Source of the DNA: a virus
Reading direction: 5' to 3' (one strand)
Length of the DNA stretch: 64,000 nt
Virus record (IMG/VR): IMGVR_UViG_3300025600_000001
Coordinates: 1 to 64,000 of that record
Below, one piece after another: positions 52,156 through 61,690 of this stretch. A program made the position numbers and the translations under genes. Within the stretch, counting starts at the first letter, position 1. Every line of letters starts with the position of its first letter. The notes beneath the pieces were generated by a model. That model had not been told where the DNA came from and made no database searches. It worked only from the letters and a program-made list of their open reading frames with translations.

Positions 52156-53127
52156 ATGAAAAATATAACTATAAATTTTATATTAGCAAGAACTTCTGCT
52201 AATTATGAAGATATACATTGTACTGGTATATATAGAATATATCACATCATTAAACCATCTATTTTTTACATTGGAAGTGCTTCTTCTAATAAAAGATGGA
52301 GAGAGGGTTTTAAACAACGATGGGTAGAACATATCAAAGAACTTCGTAAAAACATTCATCATTCTCCATTCTTACAAAGAGTTATTAATTTATATGGAAT
52401 AGAAGGATTAAGATTTGAAATAATTGAAAAATGTGAATCTTCTATATGCATACGTAAAGAACAATTTTGGTTAGATTTTTATAAACCATTTAAAAATAAA
52501 GGTTATAATACTTGTAAAATTGCAGGAAGTTCTATGGGTTATAAATTTTCTGAAGATCAAATAAAAAATAGAAAAAAAATATTTCAATATGATTTAAAAG
52601 GTAAATTCATTGAAGAATATAAAAGTTTAACTGATGCAGCAAAACAAACAAATACTAGAATTAATGAAATCAAAGATTGTGCTAAAAAAAGAATACAATA
52701 TACGAAAGGACATATATGGAGATATGAAAAAGAAAGTGTAGATTCTATATTTCATATTAAGATTTTTAAGATAGCGTGCTACTTTGATGGACAATTTCAA
52801 TTTGTAGATTCTTTACAAAAAGTAGAAGAAAAAACAAAAGTCCATAAAAAGTTTATTTATAACTGTATTAATAAAAATCTAAATAAAACATCTAATAATT
52901 GGTTATTTAGAAAATACGATATTGAAAATTGTCCAGAAAAAATTGATTGTGTTACAGTATTAAGATATAAATATGAACTTATAGAAAATGAAAAATCTAT
53001 CATTTTTAATACGTTAATATTATTAACAAGTTATTTAAAAGTTCATAGAAAATATTTTGAAGAAAAAATGAAAGTAACAAATGAAATAGTTTTTAATAAT
53101 AAAATAATTAAAAAATTAATAAAATGA
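52156..53127 (+). CDS. GIY-YIG homing endonuclease with NUMOD1-like domain
   Basis: TGIYRIYHIIKPSIFYIGS motif; promoter TTTG(52121)-N19-TACATTTG(52144-52151). Confidence 0.85.
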   Translation: MKNITINFILARTSANYEDIHCTGIYRIYHIIKPSIFYIGSASSNKRWREGFKQRWVEHIKELRKNIHHSPFLQRVINLYGIEGLRFEIIEKCESSICIRKEQFWLDFYKPFKNKGYNTCKIAGSSMGYKFSEDQIKNRKKIFQYDLKGKFIEEYKSLTDAAKQTNTRINEIKDCAKKRIQYTKGHIWRYEKESVDSIFHIKIFKIACYFDGQFQFVDSLQKVEEKTKVHKKFIYNCINKNLNKTSNNWLFRKYDIENCPEKIDCVTVLRYKYELIENEKSIIFNTLILLTSYLKVHRKYFEEKMKVTNEIVFNNKIIKKLIK

Positions 53128-53999
53128 AAGAAAGTTATTCAGTTTCTAAAGCAATGTTAATAAGTACACCTATACCAGAGAGTACTCGTACTTATAAAAG
53201 TTTTTCTCACAAACAGTTAATAGATTTAACTCTTGAGGGTATTCACCATGCAGGATTTCAAGTGGGAAAAGAATTATATTCTTCTGCAAAAGATGGTCTT
53301 GTAGCTAATGGAAGATATACTATAGCAAATATAGCTGATTCAGAAATGCAATTACAAATTACATGGAGAAATAGTTATAATAAAAGTTTACCACTAACCT
53401 TTTCACTCGGTGCTATGGTGTTAGTATGTTCCAATGGAATGCAAAAATCTCAAGGAATGGGATCTTTTAAGAAAAAACATCAAGGACAAATTCAAAGTTT
53501 TACTCCACAAGCTATAGGCGAATACATCAAAGGAGCTGAAGAAGTATTTAAACAAATGCAAATAGAAAGAGAGCAAATGAAACAAGTCACACTCTCAAGA
53601 ACGCTGCAAGCAGAGATTATAGGAAAAATGTTTATAGAAGCAGAATTTATTAAGTCTACTCAATTGAATATTATCAAAAGAGAACTTGATAATCCTACAC
53701 ATGATTATGGAGATCCTAATAGTTTGTGGTCATTGTATAATTATACAACTTTTGCAATGCGTGAATTGCATCCATCTTTATATCTACAGGATCATATTGA
53801 TGCTCATTCATTCTTTGTCACTGAATCAGGAATCATAGTTAATACTCCTGAACCTATTACAATTCGTCCTGTAGAAGATAAGAGACAATTAAACTTGTTT
53901 GATGAACTTCTTAATCAAGAAACAGAAGAAGTCTTGGCTGAAGTGTATAATAGTGAAGAAGAAGAAGAAGAGGAAGAATGGGAACCAGAACAACTATAG
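53124..53999 (+). CDS. DUF932/DUF945-like protein
   Basis: WRNSYNKS...GAMVLVCSNGM...KKKH...SLWSLYN motifs. Confidence 0.75.
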   Translation: MKESYSVSKAMLISTPIPESTRTYKSFSHKQLIDLTLEGIHHAGFQVGKELYSSAKDGLVANGRYTIANIADSEMQLQITWRNSYNKSLPLTFSLGAMVLVCSNGMQKSQGMGSFKKKHQGQIQSFTPQAIGEYIKGAEEVFKQMQIEREQMKQVTLSRTLQAEIIGKMFIEAEFIKSTQLNIIKRELDNPTHDYGDPNSLWSLYNYTTFAMRELHPSLYLQDHIDAHSFFVTESGIIVNTPEPITIRPVEDKRQLNLFDELLNQETEEVLAEVYNSEEEEEEEEWEPEQL

Positions 54000-54220
54000 G
54001 TGCAAAACCTGCAATAGTAAAAGTTCCAGGAACTTTTATTAAGATTGGTGATTACAGAATAATAAAATCAAGTGTGAAGAGGTATCAACCAAGTAAAAAT
54101 GGATATATCAACATCTATTTTAACTCCTCAATAAATCATCCTGATTTTAAGAGTTTTCACTATACATCAACTAAGTTACAACAAGAAGTTTTAGACTATT
54201 TAGATTCAATTTATTTATGA
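53978..54220 (+). CDS. Hypothetical protein
   Basis: ORF track. Confidence 0.55.
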   Translation: MGTRTTIGAKPAIVKVPGTFIKIGDYRIIKSSVKRYQPSKNGYINIYFNSSINHPDFKSFHYTSTKLQQEVLDYLDSIYL

Positions 54221-54345
54221 ACAAAAGTAAAACAATACTATCAGAAGAGGCTTTTGAGCCTCTTTTTGGTAGTTGGTGGCCTAAGATTAACAAATTCTCT
54301 GTTATTTTATTTGTATATTCTACTTATTTAGTATATATTTGTTAG
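54217..54345 (+). pseudogene. Orphaned 5' stub of the uracil-DNA glycosylase gene
   Basis: MNKSKTILSEEAFEPLFGSWWPKI(N...) aligns with MNNLDWKKFEPLFGTWALKIK of 55343..56134; similarity ends near 54290. Confidence 0.85.
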
Positions 54346-54369
54346 ATTAATTTAATACAACATTACTAT

Positions 54370-55350
54370 ATGACATATTTTAAACTTACTCCAGAAATTC
54401 ATAAAAATATAGCAGATGAATATATTTCATCTATAACTACTCAACAAGATTTAGCAAAAAAATATAATGTTAGTACAGTTATGATTTCAAATATATTAAA
54501 AAAATTTAAAATTCCTACAGATCATCGAAGAGGATTTTATAATGTAGATATTAATTATTTTAAAATTATAGATACACCTAATAAATCATATTTTTTAGGT
54601 TTATTTCATGCCGATGGAAGTAACTCTGAGGAGCATAACTGTGTTAGAATTTCTTTACAGGAAAAGGATAAAGAAATATTAGAAAAATTAAAAAAAGATA
54701 TAAAATATTCAGGTCCTTTATATTATTTAAAAAAACAAGGAAATAGAAGTAATCAATTTTCATTAAATATTGTAGCAAAAGAATTATCACAAGATTTGGT
54801 AATTCTAGGTTATCCTAAGAATAAAACTTACAAAGTAGTATTTCCAGAATACTTAGAACAGTCATTAGTAAGACATTTTATTAGAGGATTGTTCGATGGA
54901 GATGGATGTATTCATGCTAAATATAAACATAGTTTAAGTATCGTTGGTACATGTAATACTTTGTTAGGAGTAAAAGATTATTTACAAGAAATATTAAATA
55001 TAAATTCTGTAATAGTAGAAAGTAAATCTAAAAATATATTTAGATTAAGTATATGTAAAAAGATAGATATATTCAATACATTATGTCATTTATATGAAAA
55101 TAGTGAATTGTATTTACAAAGAAAATATGACATCTTTCATCAAGTGTACATGATTCAGAAAGAACATTTATATTGGCAAATATACTGTAAAAATTTAAAA
55201 ACTAATGAAATTAATATTTTTAAAAATATGCAAGAAACTAAAGAATTTTTTGGATTAAAATCCTATGCAGCAATATCTTATTGTATCCATAAAAGTAAAA
55301 CTAAAATTTTTAGAAAAACGTATTATATAAATTTATTGAAAAATGAATAA
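54370..55350 (+). CDS. LAGLIDADG homing endonuclease
   Basis: YFLGLFHADG and FIRGLFDGDG motifs; promoter TTTG(54310)-N20-TATATTTG(54334-54341). Confidence 0.85.
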   Translation: MTYFKLTPEIHKNIADEYISSITTQQDLAKKYNVSTVMISNILKKFKIPTDHRRGFYNVDINYFKIIDTPNKSYFLGLFHADGSNSEEHNCVRISLQEKDKEILEKLKKDIKYSGPLYYLKKQGNRSNQFSLNIVAKELSQDLVILGYPKNKTYKVVFPEYLEQSLVRHFIRGLFDGDGCIHAKYKHSLSIVGTCNTLLGVKDYLQEILNINSVIVESKSKNIFRLSICKKIDIFNTLCHLYENSELYLQRKYDIFHQVYMIQKEHLYWQIYCKNLKTNEINIFKNMQETKEFFGLKSYAAISYCIHKSKTKIFRKTYYINLLKNE

Positions 55351-56134
55351 TTTAGATTGGAAGAAATTCGAACCACTTTTTGGTACATGGGCTTTAAAAA
55401 TAAAGCCTTTTTTTGACTTAGGAGGTTTTGATAAAATATATGAGTTTCTTAAAAAAGAGTCAAAAAGAGGTAAAGAAATCGCACCTATGTCATCTCTTGT
55501 ATTTAGAGCATTTCGAGAGACAGACATAAATACTCTTAAAGTAGTAATTGTTGGTTTAGCACCATATCATACCTTTTATAATGGATCGTCTATTGCGGAT
55601 GGTTTGTGTATGAGTTGTTCTATTACTAGTAGATTACAACCTAGTCTTTCTAATTTCTATAATGCTATAGAACGAGAACTTTATAATGGACTTAATTTAA
55701 ATATGTATAAAAATCCAGATCTTACCTATTTAGCCAGAGACGGAATTCTTCTATTGAACTATGCTCTCACCACTAGTAAAAATAAACCAGGGGATCATTG
55801 TGTTCTTTGGGAACCTTTTATGAAATTTCTATTTGAACAGGTGTTAGATACTATTGGAGCTCCTGTTATTTTCTTAGGACGTGAAGCAGCCAAACTAGAG
55901 AGATATACAATGCCTTTTAATTGGATATTTAAGTTATCTCATCCTGCCTCAGCAAGTTATCAAGGTATCGAATGGGATTCTGAAGGAACATTTAAAACTA
56001 TAAATAAGATTTTATGGGAGCGAAATAAAGAAACGATAAATTGGTTACAATTAGATAGTATAAACGAAAAGGAGATAAAAAATGAAGACAAAGTTAAAAA
56101 ACCAGGAAAACCTAAATTTAGAAGTTCAAATTAA
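55343..56134 (+). CDS. ung: Uracil-DNA glycosylase (family 1-like, divergent catalytic loop)
   Basis: KVVIVGLAPYH (canonical GQDPYH), ADGL, PSL.N, GILLLN and SHPAS motifs. Confidence 0.8.
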   Translation: MNNLDWKKFEPLFGTWALKIKPFFDLGGFDKIYEFLKKESKRGKEIAPMSSLVFRAFRETDINTLKVVIVGLAPYHTFYNGSSIADGLCMSCSITSRLQPSLSNFYNAIERELYNGLNLNMYKNPDLTYLARDGILLLNYALTTSKNKPGDHCVLWEPFMKFLFEQVLDTIGAPVIFLGREAAKLERYTMPFNWIFKLSHPASASYQGIEWDSEGTFKTINKILWERNKETINWLQLDSINEKEIKNEDKVKKPGKPKFRSSN

Positions 56135-56146
56135 AAAGAAATACTC

Positions 56147-58453
56147 ATGATTTTAGAAAAACAAACAGATAATATTATACTAACAGAAGGAGATGTCTCA
56201 GAGAGTATAAATATGGAATTGGATTTGGATTCTGCTCAGATTTTGATGCAGATGTTAAGTAAAAATTTGTATTCTGATGCTATTGGTAGCACTGTTAGAG
56301 AAACCTGTAGTAATGCTTTAGATAGTCATCGAAAAGCAAATACAGATGATCCAATTATTGTTAGTTTTAAATCAAATAATGATAATACCTATTCGTTTTG
56401 TGTTCAAGATTTTGGTACTGGTCTGGATGCTGATGATGTAGAAAACATCATTAGCAAATATGGAAAATCTACTAAAAGATTAGAAGCTAACTCATTGGGT
56501 ATGATGGGATTGGGCTTTAAATCACCATTGGCTTATTCATCAAGTTTCACTTTTGTATGTCGTAAAGATGGTATGGAATGGACATATATGATGTATGAAG
56601 GAGAAGATAGTAATAAGATTGATTTGTTGTATTCTCAGAAGACAATCGAAAAGAATGGTGTAAAAGTTATTATTCCTGTAAAGTATTCAGATAAAAATGA
56701 ATTTCTTACTAAAATTAGGGAACAACTTGCATATTTTGAAAATGTATTCTTTGATACAGGTAATGTTAGTAATGATTTTATAATTCATCGTGCTGAACAT
56801 TATCAGATCTCTCCATTAGTTAATTCTAGTTTGATGCACATTTGTCTGGATAATGTCTATTATCCTATTGATTTTGAGAAATTAGGAATTCCTCCTATTC
56901 ATGTAGTTGTTGGTTTACGATTTGGTCTTAGTGATGGAATCTTTCCAACACCAAATAGAGAAGCAATAAGAATGACCCAAGAAGCTAAGAAGACTATTTT
57001 ATCTAAAATAGCTAAAGTTGCAGATGTTTTTATAACTATGTATAATAATACAATAGTTGCTACTTCTGACATACAAACTGTTTTTGAATATTATAAATCA
57101 CAAGACAGATTGGTAACAATTAGTGATAAAACCTATAATGTATTTCAGCTTAAGAACTATAGTAGTATAAAGATTACATCTCCTACATTAATAGGAGTTG
57201 AACTACTTAATTTAGAAGATTTGTATGAAGATAGAGAGAATATTCTTGGTGAATATCAAATCAGATATAATATCAAGAATAGAAAAATGAGTGAAGTAAA
57301 ATCTGGAGGGAGCAGAAATATACGACTTTATGATTTAAATAACACTCACTATTATCTCTATAATCAACCTATCTCTGGAAAGAAAAAAGAATATCTTAAA
57401 AGTATATGTAGTTATGGTGATAGTCATGTTTGCAAAAAAATAGATCCTTATAAATTAGGATTTAATTCTAGAAAAAGTTGGTCATCTACTAGTAGTTATT
57501 ACAGTATACTCAATCTTAAAAACTATAAAAGGACTGAATGGAGACAAAGAATTAAAGAGTTTCAATTTATTCAACAGAAATTTACAGAAAAGTTTATTGG
57601 TGTTGATAGTATGGAGATTCCTCAGAGTTACATAGATGCTAGAAAAAAAGAGAGAGTTTCGTCTTTAAATAATGGTAATGGAAGAAGAGTTAAACTTACA
57701 GGAGAACTTTTTGGTAAAACTGCTATGCCTCTTGAGAGATATGTAAGTGGTCAAAATTGTAAATTTGTTGCAGACACTTATATTCTTGCTGATATTCCTA
57801 AATATAAAGGATTGACTGTATACGACAGTTACGACAATCAACCTCTACTTGATAGTCTATATTACGTAACACGTAACTGTAGACATAAACTAAGAATTCT
57901 AAGTTTCTCAAATAGAGAGATGAAAGTTCTAAATGACATTAATATTCATAATCTAATATCTTATAGTAAATTTATGGAAGGAGAAAATAAACCATTTAAA
58001 AGATTAATTACAGCACATTTAATTAATACATTAATGTCTACGTACAATCATGTATTTAGTAAACGAGATTATCTAACTAGTATTTCACAACCTCTTTTAG
58101 ATAAACTTAATAAGTTATCTGACTATAAAAATGATTATTATTGTTATGCAGATAGTAATATCTATGTAAGTATGCTATCTGTAGCAGAAGAACACATGTT
58201 ATTTGATATGAAAATCTATTCTGATTATTTAGATATTAAGAATGTATTTTTGAAATTAACTTTTCTTAATACTGTAATGAAAACTATAAAAGATTATGAG
58301 AATGATCCGATGATTCCTATACTTGTAGATTTGTTTAAATATTATAGATATAGAATTGATTATAAGAACTATCATATCCCTCTTAATGAAATGATTGATT
58401 TCGATTCATTACTACTAACAGATGAAACTGTTAACGAATTAACTATTATTTAA
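56147..58453 (+). CDS. rIIA-like protein with N-terminal GHKL (Hsp90-like) ATPase
   Basis: LYSD...VRETCSNALDSH, QDFGTGL, YGKSTK and GMMGLGFKS motifs. Confidence 0.8.
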   Translation: MILEKQTDNIILTEGDVSESINMELDLDSAQILMQMLSKNLYSDAIGSTVRETCSNALDSHRKANTDDPIIVSFKSNNDNTYSFCVQDFGTGLDADDVENIISKYGKSTKRLEANSLGMMGLGFKSPLAYSSSFTFVCRKDGMEWTYMMYEGEDSNKIDLLYSQKTIEKNGVKVIIPVKYSDKNEFLTKIREQLAYFENVFFDTGNVSNDFIIHRAEHYQISPLVNSSLMHICLDNVYYPIDFEKLGIPPIHVVVGLRFGLSDGIFPTPNREAIRMTQEAKKTILSKIAKVADVFITMYNNTIVATSDIQTVFEYYKSQDRLVTISDKTYNVFQLKNYSSIKITSPTLIGVELLNLEDLYEDRENILGEYQIRYNIKNRKMSEVKSGGSRNIRLYDLNNTHYYLYNQPISGKKKEYLKSICSYGDSHVCKKIDPYKLGFNSRKSWSSTSSYYSILNLKNYKRTEWRQRIKEFQFIQQKFTEKFIGVDSMEIPQSYIDARKKERVSSLNNGNGRRVKLTGELFGKTAMPLERYVSGQNCKFVADTYILADIPKYKGLTVYDSYDNQPLLDSLYYVTRNCRHKLRILSFSNREMKVLNDINIHNLISYSKFMEGENKPFKRLITAHLINTLMSTYNHVFSKRDYLTSISQPLLDKLNKLSDYKNDYYCYADSNIYVSMLSVAEEHMLFDMKIYSDYLDIKNVFLKLTFLNTVMKTIKDYENDPMIPILVDLFKYYRYRIDYKNYHIPLNEMIDFDSLLLTDETVNELTII

Positions 58454-58478
58454 ATATAAACATTAAAAATAAAAACTT

Positions 58479-59894
58479 ATGGATTTTTCATTAAATTGGT
58501 TTAAGAGTAAAAAGAAAGAAGAAAATGTACAGAAGATATATGTTCCTCAATCAACAACATCTTATGGTGTTGATCCTTTAGATCACAATGTAGAGTTTAT
58601 GCATGTGCCTTATAAGTCTATTAAGATGGTTAATGATGTAATTACTGTGGTGTTACTTGATGGAACAATTATTATCAAACCTTCTGCAGTAGAACTAGAT
58701 TTTATAAAAATTTCAAAAGCTACTACGATTGCTGAAATCTTAAACTTAGTAACTCTTCCCGAAATACTAGAAGAAAAACTTAAAGTTAAAGCTGAAGAAG
58801 AACGTAATATTGTTCTACATAAAGGAATCGAACTTCTAAAAGAAGTTAGTGATTTTAGAGTTGAAGATAATACTGTTTATATGGTAGGAACAAATAGAAG
58901 TGTTCCTGAACTCTTAGTTAATGAATTTATTGAAATTGTAGGAAGTTATGACTTTTCATCAATTTCTATGTCTATTAATGAGTATGTAGCAAAAAATGAA
59001 AAGTATCAAAGTTTAAAGAACTTCTTTCTTTGGGCATGTCTTAATCCAAGAGCTGAAGTAGCTAATGATCTATATGACTTTCTAAAAAGAAATAGTTTTA
59101 AGATCACTAAACAAGGATTCTTTGCAGCTCTTAGAAATGTTGTCACGCTTAATGATAATAGTGAAGAGTTTGATAACAATAGAGCACTTGTTGATTTTGT
59201 AAGTAATTCTTACAATAAGATTAAAGCTGTTTGGAAACAGAAACCTTCTAAATTTGATGTTTATAGAAATACTGATCATTTTGGAGAAAACTCTTTTTAT
59301 CTTTGGAAAATTGAAGAAACTCCAAATATTAAGAATAATGGAAACGAATGTATGGGTAATTTAGAAACTCTTTACAAACAGGATATGCCAGAGATGAAAG
59401 GTAATCGTTTCACTGATGATCACACAAAAACATTCGACATTCGTGTAGGAAAAGTTGTAAGTATGCCTATGAAAAAATGTAGTTGGTCGACAGCAGATTG
59501 CGATAAAGCAGGTTTACATTTTACTTCAGATCAGATTCACTATGTAGGATGTGGAGATACTTCTATGTTAGTACTAATCAATCCAATGAAGGTTGTAGGA
59601 ATAGGTACATCTAAAGGAAGATGTTATGAATATCTTCCAATTATGACAGTTCCTCGTGAAGAAGCAACACAACTTCTACATGATTTAGATTTTGATACTC
59701 TTGAATTAGATGAAGACTATGTCATTCATGAATTAGAAAGTCTTAGTGAAAAAGTCAAGAGTGGTTTCATAGCAGAAACTACTAAATATAGTTTCAATCT
59801 TCCAGCAACATCTACAGAAGAAATTGAGACTATTATAAAATCTTTATCATTAATGAAAGAACTCATTTCTAAACGAGTAAGTGTAATTAAATAA
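58479..59894 (+). CDS. rIIB-like protein
   Basis: Follows the rIIA-like gene; LYDFL...ITKQGFF...VGKVVSMP...C.KAGLH...VLINP motifs. Confidence 0.7.
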   Translation: MDFSLNWFKSKKKEENVQKIYVPQSTTSYGVDPLDHNVEFMHVPYKSIKMVNDVITVVLLDGTIIIKPSAVELDFIKISKATTIAEILNLVTLPEILEEKLKVKAEEERNIVLHKGIELLKEVSDFRVEDNTVYMVGTNRSVPELLVNEFIEIVGSYDFSSISMSINEYVAKNEKYQSLKNFFLWACLNPRAEVANDLYDFLKRNSFKITKQGFFAALRNVVTLNDNSEEFDNNRALVDFVSNSYNKIKAVWKQKPSKFDVYRNTDHFGENSFYLWKIEETPNIKNNGNECMGNLETLYKQDMPEMKGNRFTDDHTKTFDIRVGKVVSMPMKKCSWSTADCDKAGLHFTSDQIHYVGCGDTSMLVLINPMKVVGIGTSKGRCYEYLPIMTVPREEATQLLHDLDFDTLELDEDYVIHELESLSEKVKSGFIAETTKYSFNLPATSTEEIETIIKSLSLMKELISKRVSVIK

Positions 59895-59899
59895 TTCAT

Positions 59900-59938
59900 G
59901 TGGTGTATTCCTTTAATTTAGGGATACATCACTAATTT
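59900..59938 (+). terminator. Hairpin, probable terminator
   Basis: gtggtgtattcct...agggatacatcac inverted repeat. Confidence 0.55.
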
Positions 59939-59944
59939 TAATTT

Positions 59945-60346
59945 ATGAAAATAAAAAAAGTAGTTATAAAAAAAGTAAAACCTCGTAATGGAGGAACAAT
60001 GACTAATAGTCAGTATTTTTCTAAAATCAGATCAATACTTAGAAATGGTTTTAGATACTATAGACCTATGCAAGATGCTCTTAATTTAGTAAGTAGACCT
60101 TCTCAGTCTTTAAATAAAAAACTTAAAAAAGAATATCAGTGCTTTCATTGTAAAAAATGGTTTAAACGAGATGATGTAGAAATTGATCACATTGAAGAAT
60201 GTGGTAAACTAAATTGTTATGACGATATTGTACCATTTATTCAAAGACTTACCAGAGAAGAAGTTAGTGCATATCAAGTATTATGTAAATCGTGTCATAG
60301 TATAAAAACTGAAAAGTATAAACAACTTAAAAATGAAAGACTATGA
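59945..60346 (+). CDS. HNH-family nuclease (Zn-binding)
   Basis: YQCFHCKKWF....VEIDHI...YQVLCKSCH. Confidence 0.75.
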   Translation: MKIKKVVIKKVKPRNGGTMTNSQYFSKIRSILRNGFRYYRPMQDALNLVSRPSQSLNKKLKKEYQCFHCKKWFKRDDVEIDHIEECGKLNCYDDIVPFIQRLTREEVSAYQVLCKSCHSIKTEKYKQLKNERL

Positions 60347-60778
60347 TAATTCGTAGAAAAAAAGATTTATGGAAAGGATATCTTGTAGATGGTAGAGTTT
60401 ATCAAACTGAGACACATACAAGAAGAGACGATTTACTTGCATGTATTGCACGTAAAGAAAGTGTTATGTGGATATTAAATGATGGACGGAAAATGACTCT
60501 TACCTTTGATCAATTAAAGGATGAAGTTGAAGATATAGGTACTCCACAGAAAAGTATAAAGAATACTTCACCTTATAGTTTATGGTGTTATACATTTATA
60601 GAAGATAACTAAAATGAAACAGAAATTATTAAAATCGACAATTAGTGTACTAGAAGCCTTAAAAGAAGATGCGAATATGGCATTGAATGGAACTTGGGAT
60701 TGTACTGAACCAGGTTTCAGAGCCCAAATTAGAGCAATTAATGGAGTTTTATCAGAACTAAAAGCAAAATTAAAATGA
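60343..60778 (+). other. Two small ORFs (60343-60612 and 60614-60778)
   Basis: Packed, co-oriented. Confidence 0.5.
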
Positions 60779-60843
60779 TAGAAGGAATTAAAAAAATAAA
60801 TTCTGAAAGTGATTATCGTAAGATACAACTTGATTCAAGTTAA
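60775..60843 (+). pseudogene. Orphaned 5' stub of the PD-(D/E)XK nuclease gene
   Basis: MIEGIKKINSESDYRKIQLDSS* aligns with MIKGINKNIDEKSYRTICLDSASS of 61691..62749. Confidence 0.8.
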
Positions 60844-60911
60844 AAAAGAGAAAAGTTATAGGATTATATATTTAATTTTTGTATATTTATATATAACTAA
60901 GTTATAATAAG

Positions 60912-61685
60912 ATGATTGGAATCTATAAAATAACAAGTCCTTCGAATAAAGTTTATATAGGACAAAGTTGGAATTTGATTAAAAGAGAGAAAGATTATAA
61001 GTCTTTAGCTAATATAATTAGACAAAGAAAAATATATAATTCTATGAAAAAATATGGAGTAGATAAACATATTTTTGAAATACTTCATATTCTTTCAGAT
61101 ACTACTATACAAAAAGAATTAGATTATTGGGAAATATATTATTGGAAGTATTTTATATCTCAAGGATTTGAAATGCTTAATATTAAAGAACCAGGAAAAG
61201 GAGGAAGATTAGATATTGAAACTAAAGAAAAGATATCTAAATCAAATAAGGGAAGAATTAGAAGTGAAGAAGTAATGAGTAAAATTAAGAATTTAGATAG
61301 ATATAATCTTCCTATTCTAATGTTAAATTTAAATGGAAAAATCATAAGAGAGTTTAGAAATATAAATTCATGTTCACGAGAATTACATGTTAGTTCTTCT
61401 AATATAAAATCAGTAATGAATGGTAAAACTAAAACATGTTTATCTCATATTTTTATAAAAAAAGTAGATTATGATGAATCTAAATTTACACAAATAATAG
61501 TTCCTGGTGGATGTACTGAGGTAAATCAATATGATTTAGATAATAATTTTATTAAAAGTTTTTTAAGTTTTAAAAATATTAGATTAGAATTAGAATTAAA
61601 AATAGGATGTGATCCTAATATTATAAGAGCTTGCAAATCTGAAAATAGAATAGCTTATGGTTTTAAATGGAAATATAAAAATTAA
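60912..61685 (+). CDS. GIY-YIG homing endonuclease with NUMOD3/NUMOD1-like domains
   Basis: IGIYKITSPSNKVYIGQS; ETKEKISKSNKG; VNQYDL...AYGFKWKY. Confidence 0.87.
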   Translation: MIGIYKITSPSNKVYIGQSWNLIKREKDYKSLANIIRQRKIYNSMKKYGVDKHIFEILHILSDTTIQKELDYWEIYYWKYFISQGFEMLNIKEPGKGGRLDIETKEKISKSNKGRIRSEEVMSKIKNLDRYNLPILMLNLNGKIIREFRNINSCSRELHVSSSNIKSVMNGKTKTCLSHIFIKKVDYDESKFTQIIVPGGCTEVNQYDLDNNFIKSFLSFKNIRLELELKIGCDPNIIRACKSENRIAYGFKWKYKN

Positions 61686-61690
61686 TAAAT

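Noticed and set aside
20172-61345. Short minus-strand ORFs within the plus-strand module
   Set aside because: They are hydrophobic Phe/Ile-rich antisense artefacts of AT-rich coding sequence.
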